From Anthoceros angustus (Eukaryota > Plantae > Anthocerotophyta), in assembly GCA_010909165.1 (NCBI GenBank), contig MU008196.1, forward strand, positions 186,001-250,000: a DNA stretch of 64,000 nt, in the 5' to 3' direction. Position numbers and translations under genes: made by a program. Of this stretch, positions 41,001 to 52,393 are shown in pieces (position 1 is the stretch's first letter; the number at the start of each line of letters is the position of its first letter). Below the pieces are notes generated by a model. The model did no database searches. It had not been told where the DNA came from and saw nothing but the letters and a program-made list of their open reading frames with translations.

Positions 41001-44000
41001 GACTCCCATATTTATACCATATTCATACCACTGTTGGGGGTCTACGATTGGGCATGATTTCTTCTCTTCCTGCAGGATTTGCCAGAACTTTTTCGGTTTG
41101 TGGTGTGGCTGCTCAAGCATTATGGGTTCGGCCTGTGGTCCGATCCTACAATTGAATCGGCTACTTGGAAGTTTGTTGTTCTCTACAAGTACTCCGGCTT
41201 TGCTCAAAGGTAATCAACAATGTTGTGCTTCCATTGTATTGTTGCATCACCTTTGTTTCTACCCTTTCTTCTTGGGCAAACGTGTTTTTCTGGCTGTTCG
41301 GGAACTTATGTGTGCCATTCATAATTCTCATGTCATGGCTTTCTAGCATTGTCATGAAGAGTACATCATGGCCTCCTATCATGCGATACTCCAATGTTCT
41401 TGCCCATCTTGTGTCAGGTAGAACATCTTCCGGGGCCTTGCTCTATTTTTAGGCAATTTGGACATTTGTGTCCATGAGTAGGAAAATTGCCCTAAAGCAC
41501 TCGCGGCTTGCTATCTCTGCAAATAGCTCTTAGAATAGTGTTTGCGGCTAAATTGAACAGTACAGACATGATCCGATTGGAGGAATGTAGGCAAAGATGT
41601 GCGTTTTACTAGCATTGTTAATTGTCTCAATGACTACAAAGTGTCGTTTGGATGTTGACGCTTTCACGGGACCAAACAGCTCATCTTTGATGAAGACTAT
41701 AATTCCACCATTTCTTGACAATCTTGACTGTTTTGTGGTGGTAGATGCATGGGTATTCATTACTATCGTGCCTTCCGTGAAGTACCCTGGTACGTCCCAT
41801 GCCCTGCTCCTTCTTGCTCATGCGTTTCTGCCACACATACAATGTTTGGAGACTGGTGTTTCATCATGATATCCTTCATTTTGATCATCGAATAGCCGCT
41901 CATGTTCCAGTAGGCAATCTTTAGCATTTTACCCCCCTCACTAGTTACAGCAGTTTGCAGCATGGCTTGTTTAGGTTTGCCCCTTCCGCACCTATTGAAT
42001 CGATGCTCTCTTGCTGTAATTGCTATTCAATGACGCGGCTAACCATGCCCATTTTGAACAGTATTTGCATCCTTTTATGCTTTCCATATGTGTCAGAGCT
42101 TGTCGATCTCACATGTGATCCTTTCACTCGTCTTCCTTTTGATTTTAGGTCCCATTGCCAACAGCTTGCTTGTGTCTTCCACGTAATAAGTCTTGAGTAC
42201 GACGTGTTGTGGTGATATATACTGGTTTCGAGATGTAGGATTTGGCCTATCCGCACCTCTTGGCCATCTTTCGCACAGATCATTGGTGACCTTCTGCTGG
42301 GGGAAGTTGAAGTTTCGTTCCAGCCAGGCTTTTATGTTCCCTATAATGAAGCATGGTTCATCCTCTTCCCCTGCCTTCTCCCAATATCCTTTGTTACATA
42401 TATTGAATGCTCTATTGTCCTCCTGGTGGGACCCATGCCCATTGCTATGGCAACTTGGCTCTGGTTGAGCATGCTGATTTTAGTCGCAGTTTCTTTGATT
42501 TGTGCCTCCTGCCCGTTTGCTGCCTCCTGCCCGTTTGCTTTAGCTTTGTCCATCGTTGCCTTCATGATTTGCATGTTACTATGCAGGTTCTCAATGTTTA
42601 TGTTTGTTTCATCAATCTGCTGTATAACTCCATCTATCCGCTTAATCATTGCTATCATCGACAGTGCCACTTCCAGAAACTTTTGTCACATACCTCTATA
42701 TCGGCCGCTCTAGTTAGCTTAGGCGGGCTTCAAGCTTCTCTGACACATTGCTGAGGTGAGTTTTGAGGGCCTTCTCCTTCATGTCCAATGCCTCGAGTAT
42801 ATCTCCATCCTTATGACTTCCACGGATAGCCCACCATTCATCCTCTGGTCATTGTCTTTTCCTGCATGTGGTTTCATCTCAGTTGTTTGCTTTCATGGCA
42901 TTGCTCCATCTCGTCATCCATTTCAGATGAAAGTGATAGCAGGGTGTCACTACTTCGTGAGTGATGAGTTTGCTGCTGCATATGAGTGGAGCTCCTTTGC
43001 TTCTTCTTGTGAGGGCAGTTCTGCTTGTATGCTTGTATGGCTGAGGAGTACCGTCCATTGTGGTAGGCTGCGGATTTGTCTTGGTTTTGTGACTAATATA
43101 GCTTTATTGATAAGCTTGCTCTGGGAGTGTATTTGTCATTAAGACGGTGACATTATTTTGCTTTGATGTTTATGTCAATTTATTGGCATGCTTGGCACCC
43201 TAGCTGCTGCTGCATGGGGTTGGTAACTCGTCCATTCTTTACTGTCTATCATCGTGTGGGTTGAGTTGTTGCTTAGCTTTGAAACTTGATGCTGCTGGTG
43301 CTTTGCTTATGGTTTTATGTTGGGAGTATTCAATTCTGCACATCTTTGTTTTGAAACTTGAAACATTGTTGAGTTGCGGTAGAGCTTACAGGCAGCCTGT
43401 GCAGTTCGGCAGGGAAACAGATACTTCTGGCCTAACTACTGTCATTCTACCCTGCCTTGTTCTATCTCTGGCTTAATGCCACAACCTTCCTCGGCACTAG
43501 GTATGATAGTTTGTCATGTTATGCTGAACATCCTCATCCTCCTGTGACGCATGGGCTGTTGACGATGTAGCATATGAACGCAATAGCGGCGTTGCTGATT
43601 GCAGGCTTTTGCAAAGATCAGTGAATCCCTCTGACTACTTGAAAGTCTTTTTTTCTTCTGGAGGGATATAAATAAATCTATGCCCCCCTCCACTTTCAGC
43701 AATTTGCATCATGATGCTCTGTCCTCATTGTCCGGCAGTATTCGAGGAGAATGAGGTAATGCCTTTCGCTATTGCTTGCTGGCTTTGCCTCGTATCCTTT
43801 AGTCCTATGTAGGAGGTATCTGCAAGTTGCAGAGCAAGCTGAGCCTTAACAGTTGATCTCACCATCATCAATTGGGATGATTGCCAGGATTTTCCGCATC
43901 TGGAAGTAATCAACAAGGCCATCAACAAAAACAGAGTTGTTGGCAAGCCACTATGGTACCCCCACCCAAGTCATCCCAAGTTTTGCTATGGAGGCAAAGT

Positions 44001-44959
44001 TTGCCTTCAACCACTTGTTGAGTGCAGCTGGGAACCTGCTTGCACTGGCCACATTTGTGGTGGGGATTGTCATGTTGAATACTTTGGAGTATGCTTCCAG
44101 CAGTAAGGTGACCTCCTCCTCTTTGTCTAGTAGGACGGTCGCCCTCCCATATATCCCATTCTTGATTTTTCCATCTCTAGATAGGTAGAAGTATTCTCTC
44201 TGCCCTTAGATGAACAATTCCTCATGTAGGAGGGCGTCAATGAACTTGTTGGTGGGGGGGCTAACAAGTTCATCAAAGGGGGTACTGCTCTCTTTGATGA
44301 ACCAGATTAGCTCTCTTGCTTGTCGTGTTTCCTACAGTCCTTTGAGCTGCCATATTTGCACGCTAACGTGGGCGGCGGATGTTGGGGGTTGCCACAGACA
44401 CCGAAGGCGGTGATTGGAGTTCCAAGCTACTCATCAGTTTATGGCGGGCGATGGGTGGGAGGGGAGGCAGGGTGCAGGAGGGGAGGAGAGATGGGGGGTG
44501 ATTCTAGGTTGAGTGAGGGATTGTGGCATATCGGCCATAATGCTCATTGCTTTGGGCGCAAGTGTTTACTCTGGAGCTCCTGGCATAAAGATTCGAGTTG
44601 TGCTACGCCGGGGGGTGTCTGGTTATTATTAGGGTGATTTTACATCACACCACTGGTGGCAACATGGCGCGTTCTTATTGGTAGACACCTTCGTAGGTAT
44701 TTTACATTTGCCGGTGGTACTAAGGTGGTTCCACCACTGTGGCGCCAATGTGGCTGTGGCAGTGGTGTCAGAGCACCACCTACCCTCGAGGGCCGGGGGT
44801 GTCTGACACCACTGCCAAGCACCGATTACACCAATAATCGGGCGCTTGCTGAAACACAACCAGGGCGTTTAGGGTGAGATTGTGGGCCCCGGCAACCGGT
44901 GGTCGAAAGTGTATAGGTGCAACGGACGGGTGCCAGAGGAAGCCGAAACCAAAAAACCA

Positions 44960-47900
44960 GGGTAGATCTCACTCGAGGGAGGTCGGCGCGCCCAGATACT
45001 AGGGCAATGATACAAAAAAAAAGAGAAAACAAGTTGCAAGACCCTAATCTACTCCTCCTATATTCCTAGTATTTCATATGTGGTAGGTTATTTATGTATT
45101 TTCTTATTCCAAAATAGCGTTTATGGCTTTCTACTCCTTAGCTACTATTGACCCTTAACACGTGCATTTCGATGACTCCTCATATTTGACTTGATCCCTT
45201 CAGGGGGTTGTAGCGCAGTCAAGTGTCAGATGAGTGCACAGTTGTGCCCCCTATCTCGGGTGGCTGGGATGAAATGTGGATCCGCTTGGTGTGGACCGAA
45301 AACGGTCCCATGAGTTTGGGTGGCGCATTCTTAATCCTTCACAGTTTTGATGACCTGAAATTGTTGAGTGTGAATCCCTTGCCTCTTCCGTGCTTAGGCA
45401 AGAGAAGAGAAAGTGCTCCTCATCATCCACCTTGTCCAAACTGCACCTTCGGCAGGTCCTCTCTTCTCTCAGCATGTGCCCCTTTTAATGCTGAATATTT
45501 CCAAGGATCTTCTTTAGTTATGCAACATGAACCTCCTCCTTCGTAATTACCTTCCTCGGATCCGTTGGCAAGTCCCATCTTTGCAGCCACTCTGTCATAC
45601 TCTTGTGCAACCCTCTCCCTTTTAGAATTCCTATTTCCCTTGAGTGTTCCAGTGCAACTTTTGGTAGCCTCTCATGACCCTGGCTTTGACCTTCAGTATT
45701 TATTGCAATGCTTGTATCTCCATTGGGAACCCACCTACCTCTACTAGTGTGTTTTCTCACGTTTGTGGCCTGAGTCCAAGGTGCCACCTCAGGAAACCCA
45801 TCTGAAGCTTGTCCAACACCTTCCATTGGTTTGCCGAATAGCCGGGGCCCAATATCTCTACCACTGATAGAAGGATACTCGCTATGCAGGCCGTGAAGAC
45901 AGGAATACAGAGGCTGGTCAAGGAAATGCTTCTTGTCCTCATTTTGTTCTTCAACGCAAATAGTCGGGCAAGTGCCTGATCCTTCTTTGTTCTAGTCGGT
46001 TCATCCTGATACTGTTGTTGGTGTAGATGTCTGTCCCCATGTACTTCTACACGTGAACCGGCTCCAGGTACTCGTTTCCATATTTCAATGGCTTCCATCC
46101 TTCTTTGAATGCATTTATATTGAGGGACATTGCTTTGGTTTTCGCAATGTTCACCTTTAGATACCTTTCTTGGCAGAAACTGTGAAGTGCCCCTAGTGCT
46201 TTTCTCATGCCTACCTTGTTTGTGGACATGAGTACAAGGTCGTCGGCGAAAAGGAGGTATGAGAAGATTTCCCCATGACCTTCCGCCGGATGTGTTTCTT
46301 GGGTTCCCTCGATGTAACTTTGCAGTCCTTGGATGTAAAGGCAGAATAGGAGAGGATTGAGTGGGCACCCTTGCTTTACACCCGCAACGCTATAGATTGC
46401 CTTCGTCCTTCTTCCATCTACTTCCACCGTCAACTCATTGTATTGGTAAGCCAATTGTGTTGCTTTGATCATCTATTTGGATACCCCTGTTTCAGCCAGC
46501 ACTTCCCACAACTTTGCCCAAGGGGCCGTGTCAAATGCTCTTTGGAAATCCATGAAGCATAGGTGGAGGACCCTCTTTGTGCTTGTCAATCAAGCATTGC
46601 AAGGTGAGAATGTGATCTTGCCTGCTTCTTCCTGTCTTGAATCCAGCTTGACATGTATTCCCTTCCTGCACATTCTCCTCCCTGGTCCTTCTTTCACAGA
46701 TCTTGGAATATATCTTTTGGAAGAGATTGTTGATTACAATAATCTTGTAGTTTTTTGTTACTAATTTATCCCCCTTCTTGTGGAGTGGCTTCGCAGTCAA
46801 CTTTCCCCAGTTCTCTGGCATGCACCCATGGCGATATATCTTTGTAAATATCCTTAACAGCAGTTTTGGTAAAGGAGTGTGCAACATTGCTTTTGTCACG
46901 TCTGCGGTTAATCCTACCCTGTCTGCCACTTTCCCTCTCTTTAACCTTTTGATGGCTTCTTTTATAAACTCTTCTTATGTGAACTGGAATTCAGGGTCTG
47001 CTGGTACCAACTCATGGGCCACTTGATGTTGAGGCTCCAATGATTCAAACAGATTACACCCACCATATCTATACCACTCATCCATGTCCCATATAGGCGT
47101 GCATGATTTCCGGTTCCGCAGTACTTGCCAAAACTTCTTCGGGTTCTGTTTCAAGTTTCACAGCATCGAGAGGTTAGAGCTTGTAACAAAACCCCTCCTC
47201 CTTCCTCTACATGAGCATGTACTTGCGCCTTTCTCTAGCTTTGATCCTTTGATGCATGATCTCTCAAGTAGTGCTTTCCACTCCTTCCTTGCCTCTCGGC
47301 AGTCTTTTGTGAACCACAGTGGCATCCTGGAGTAACCGCTCTGTTGGTTATTTGCATGTGCTGAGCTTCTCCTTATTGCCACCTTGAACGCTTCTTGTAG
47401 GTCCCCAGCATCCAAGCTTATGTGTATGCCTTGAAAGTTTACTCGCCTTAGTAATTGTGGCATTCTTTTCTCCATATCTTGAGATAGGCTTCTCCGTCTT
47501 GAACGGTTTTCTTCCTTTCCTCCCTCTTTTCCTGATACTCTCCCTCTTTTGACCTTATGAAAACATGTAGTCCACAGTTGATTTTTTGACTTCCATTGCG
47601 TAGTTCCTAGGTTGTGACCCTCGATTCCTCTTCCTCGAATTCTGCTGGTCAAATGTAAATTTTACAGAGCCGAAGAACCTCTTGATCCTGTTGCAAATTG
47701 TCATTTTCAGGGCTGTCAGCATAGGTAGGAATCCGATGCGGTGACCAATTGTTCTCGTGTCTTTTGTGATTCAGTGCCATGGCTGACCTTCTCCATACTC
47801 TATGGTAGACAATAGGACATGACCATTTCCAATTCTTGCATTGCCATACAAGAACAGGTAAGTAGGGCCTTTTGCAATACACTGTTCCAGGTGGCCCCCT

Positions 47901-48064
47901 AACTCGCTGAACATTTGTGTTGCATCCTGAGTTCTATACACCGCGCTTGCACATGGAGGAAAACTAGGACAGTCGTGGCAATCTCCTGACAGCTGTCGTG
48001 AAAAGCTGAGGATTGAGACTCCCGGTGTCCCGAGTATGTACCTGTCCAGGGACAACTCCACCAA
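44960..48064 (-). mobile_element. LINE-B (RTE/RTEX-like), 5'-truncated: APE C-half, RT, C-terminal zinc finger, 3' UTR
   Basis: GNARIG, QAGFKTGRS..DHILTL, GVKQGCPLNPLLF, YLLFADDLVL, LKVNIAKTK and REERTCRRCSLDKVDDEEHFLFSC. Confidence 0.9.
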
Positions 48065-48413
48065 TCCCAGCTGTAAGGGCTATGGGACTGCCTTGTCCCA
48101 TGGCTGGGATAGTCCCGGCAGTCTCGACTGTGGGACCGCCATGTCCCATGGCTGGGACAGTCCCGGTAGTAGCTCCATTGCCTCCTGCTACTTGCCCACC
48201 TATCGGCAGTCCAGTATTCGGGATTGCTGTGGCCTGAATTGGGCCAAAGGTTCGGCGGTCCCGAGTACGAGTCTGCCACAAAGGGTCCCCCTTGCAAAGA
48301 ACAAAATATGCTGGGAAAGCATTTGCTGCTACCCCCCTCTCCCTCTCCCCTCCTTTTCCCCCCCAGCCATTGAAGCTTGTGTGCCGCAGTGCTGAGGTTG
48401 TTGGAGGGGCAGC

Positions 48414-48620
48414 ACATAGTGGGCAATACCATAGCTGCTCCGGCACCTCGGAGAGAGGCGGCTGCAAGCAAAATAGGTGGTACCCGCTGTCGCAGTGGTT
48501 GCACAGCAGCATCAGCCCAAGGTCGTCTGTCCTCGTGCAAATTTGGCATGGATAATCAACTGGGGGCACCCAATCGCCGGTGACAATGGTGGGGTCCAAG
48601 TTGGGCAAGTGGCAAGGCAC
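48414..48620 (-). other. Intact PHD finger (C4HC3, 48414-48548) in a retroelement-derived ORF
   Basis: CQIC-x11-CNHC-x4-H-x2-C-x14-CPLC with LLC, PPL and WYC signatures. It has no introns, and a purine tract (48331-48364) follows on the minus strand. Confidence 0.9.
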
Positions 48621-48699
48621 AAACGCCTACTGCATCAGCTCCTCCAGAGACGTACCTACCAGCACTCAAGCTCACACTGACCAGCTTGAGCATGCACTG

Positions 48700-51470
48700 C
48701 ACTAGGCCCTGTCAGCTATGGAGATGCAAGGTGTTCCTCTTTGAATCGATGAAGCCCTCAGCACTCCTGAATGGACAGCAGCTGTCAAGTCCGAATACGA
48801 CTCATTCATATCCAACAAGACCTGGATGCTGACGGACCTACCTGCAGGCAGGAAGCCAATTTCGTGCAAATGGACATTTAGAAGAAAACTCAACCCAGAT
48901 GGAACTATGGCGCAGTTCAAGGCTCGCCTCGTCGCCCGTGACTTCACCCAGGTGCCCGGCTTCGACTATGAGGAGAATCAGCTCTTCAGCCCTGTGGTAA
49001 AATCAACGTCCATAAGAATTCTACTAGCCTTCGCAGCGCAGCACTATCTGCAGATACACCAAGTCGATGTTAAGACGGTATTCCTGTATGGTACCTGTTG
49101 AGGATGCAGCTTACTGAGTTTGTTAAGATGGATATGACTATGCGTAAAAGATGTAGGTGATTGAGCTTACTATAAGTATATAGAAGTGGGTAAATGGGAA
49201 ACATATACCCCATATTGGGTAGGAAACGTGAGTGACACTTTTTAGGGTTTAAAAAGGGTTGAGACCAGCTAGCTATAGTAGGTTCAGCTCTTTGACTATT
49301 GTCTTTGTGTTGTCTGCTCAAAGTTGCTCTTCATTTGTGTTGTAAGGCCTCGTTTAGGTGGTCTTAGTTTTGCAATTCTGAACACTTGCTTTCTTGACAC
49401 TTGTGACCCTCTTGAAGCATGGCTAGCTTCCAATCTCAACAGTACCCTGCATGAAGACATATACATGCTTCAGCCATCAGGATTCGTGCAAAACCCCAGG
49501 AAAGTATGCAAGTTCTTGAAATCAGTGCAAAACCCCAGGAAAGTATGCGTGCAAAACCCCAGGAAAGTATGCAAGCTCTTGAAATCAATATACGGCCTGA
49601 AGCAATCAGCGCAAGTCTGCTACGAAACATTTGACTTGCAACGAAACATTTGACTTGCAACGAAACATTTGACTTGTTCCTGAAGAAATGTGGTTTCACT
49701 CCTCCTGAAGCAATCAGCGCAAGTCTGCAACGAAACATTTGACTTGTTCCTGAAGAAATGTGGTTTCACTCCTCTTACCTCTGATACAAGTGTGTATCTA
49801 CTCATTATCTACTCAAATACAAAAACAGATTCATCATTGTCACTTTGTATGCCAATGACAACTTCATCTTAGGCAACAACCTTCTTTCCATCCAGCATGT
49901 CAAGGATCTCTTATCTAAAGAGTATGAGGTAGTGGATATTGGCCCTCTTCGCTATGCACTCAGTGTTCAATTTGAGCATAACCCTGCAGATCATTCATAC
50001 TTCATCCATCAAGAACGCGATGTGGATCAGCTACTGGACAGATTTAACCTGAAGGATGCCAAGCCACTGTCAACTCCCATTGCTGCAAGAGAGAAAGTTT
50101 CCACAAAAGACTGCCCAGCATTCCCCGAGGAAGTGAAACAGATGCAACAAGTACCTTACAACAAAGCAGTCGGCAGCCTCCTGTATCTCTCAATCTGGAC
50201 AGGACCCGACATAGCTCCAGAGTTCTTTTGAGAGTTGGAGATTGCCTCTCAGAGCTATGTTGGTTCGTGCAGATATTCGTCCAATCCTGGACGTGCCCAT
50301 TGTACTTGTGTCAAGCAAGTTTTTTGTTATTTGAAGGGCACGAAGTCCCTGGGACTTGTCTATAGAGGCAATCTAGGTGACAGACTCAAGTTGACTTCAT
50401 TCTCATATTGCGCAGGAGATGCCGATGCAAGGAAATCCATAGCTGCATACTGCATGATTATCAACCACTCATCTGTATCCATGCAAGAAGATGCAAACAA
50501 TCTGTTTGTCAAGCACTGAAGCTGAGTACGCTGCCACTTCACTTGCAGCTAAAGAGATTATGTGGATCAGACAGTTCGTGCAAGACATTGGTGAAGACCA
50601 GTCAGAACCAACCGAGCTACTTTGCGACAATCAGTCTGCAATTGCCATAACACACAACCCTATCCTCCACGCCAGGACAAAACATGTGGAGATCCAGCAT
50701 CATTTCATCTGCCAGGTAGTGGCAAACAAGCAGGTTATGCTGAGGTACGTGAACACAACAGATAACACGTCCAACCTCTTGACTAAGGGTCTGCCCAAGC
50801 CCCTGCATGAGAAGCACATCGGCGGCATCGGACTCATCAGCAAGGAGGCTTATCTGGGAGTTGGATGCCAAGCTTCCCTAGCTCCAACTTGAGGGAGAGA
50901 CTTCAGCCTGCAGTATTTCAGCATCAGCCACTGCCATCTTTATCTCCAAGCAAAGGTTGATTGGTAGCAATCCAGAACTGCTCCACCTCTGCATACTGGC
51001 AACTCTCTTCGAAGCTCTACTGCCCTTCCTAGGTTCCTTTGTTTTAGCTCTGCTAGCTCTGTGCCTGGGTACTTCAACTTGCTCGAGACTTCCGATCATT
51101 TTACTCACAGCCGTGATCAAGTGACTCACAAGTTGAAAAAGCCAGTAGATGCTTAATAGCAGACTCAAGACTAGCTGAATACAGGCATGAGACATTGAAG
51201 CCATTGATCCAGAGATTGGAAATAGGCCGATCCGGAGCGAGGGGGAGTGTTGCGGCAGCGCGGGTCTTAGCGCTCGCGGATCCGTCACTAGTGTTTTAGG
51301 GCACGTTTCGCATCAAACAGAGTTTGGGTTCTGACCCGACTTGTGAATGTAGTCACTAGAGAACCGTAGAATTGCCATTAGGCTGTCGTAACCGAACAAT
51401 CTCGATGTATAAATATGGTACATGGGTTACCCATGTACTCTATCAGTAATTCAATCAATTCTCGAACTGG
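48700..51470 (+). mobile_element. Degenerate Ty1/copia 3' half (RT, RNase H, PPT ~51239-51247, LTR starting TGTTG at 51248; right end approximate)
   Basis: KPISCKWTFRRK..FKARLVAR, YGLKQS, LSSTEAEY and CDNQSAI..HARTKHVEIQHHFI. Confidence 0.88.
49096..49441 (+). mobile_element. Copia family H solo LTR with a perfect 5-bp TSD GTACC
   Basis: GTACC lies at 49091-49095 and 49442-49446. Removing the LTR restores DVKTVFLYGT|LHEDIYMLQP in the host RT. Confidence 0.97.
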
Positions 51471-52393
51471 CATCTCGCCTGATGAGCCTTGTTGCACTTG
51501 AACTCCATGTAGGCAATCTCCAACTCTCAAAAGCAAGGGAGCTTGGTGTTCTCGATGTCGAGATGGACCAGTATGGAAAGTATGTGAGGGTCCACACTGT
51601 GCATGGAAAGAAACCGTCAGAATAGATCGCCTTTGGGCACACCACGCGGTAAAGGGCCAGGACTCCGACGTCGCTTCCCAACTGCACAACTAGCGGAGGA
51701 ACCACAACCTTTGGAACACCACGAATGTCGATAAACTATTCTTCCCAAGCACCCGCCCTCTTGCAGCATGAGCCCCTCTGGAACAACGGCTAGAGGGGGA
51801 GGCATCACCACTGCCTGCCTAGGATTCGCATTAAGAGACAACAGCAGGCTCCCATGCTGTACACAGACATTAACCAGCTCTTGCATGACTTCAGTCTCAT
51901 TCCGGCCAACCCCATTCTCTAGATGCACCTGAATTCATGCAACAAAGCCCCATGCAAGCGAGGCATGCCTCAACACTCCGGCCTTAGCAAAACGACCAAG
52001 TGGACAATTAGGAGAGATGACGCACAGGGCATCCAGGTCAACCTCGATATTTTGCCGGACTAGCAAGACGATTTAGTTCCTACATGAGAACGAGTGAAAA
52101 AAACGCTACCGCCTGACCACGAGGTAGTTCGCTAGACCTGCAACAGCCAACTCGTTTGCTGGTGTTTGTGGAGGCCAAACGATGCTAGGGTTGGCCTTGG
52201 ATGGCTATGGCTTATGAAAAATACACAATCGGAACTCCATTTTCTCCTATGCTAATACACGGTTACACGCAAGCGACAAGATAGAGCACGTCCATGGCAA
52301 CAAAATGGTACTACGCAGGGATAATAGGCAGAAACTAAAAAAAACGGTACTACTTCGGGATACTAGGCAGAAACTGAAAAAAATGGTACTAGG

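Larger units (their letters stand above)
38403..44960 (-). mobile_element. LINE-A (RTE/RTEX-like): 5' UTR, long degenerate ORF1 (~44540-42020), ORF2 APE endonuclease (41963-41000), RT lost, 3' end 38880-38403
   Basis: LKIAYWNMSGY...PNIVCVAETH is an APE N-terminus, followed by MRIMNG and a KPKKFWQIL linker shared with LINE-B. ORF1 is coiled-coil. A 3' stem-loop and tail are present. Joining the two parts across the insertion is inferred. Confidence 0.7.
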
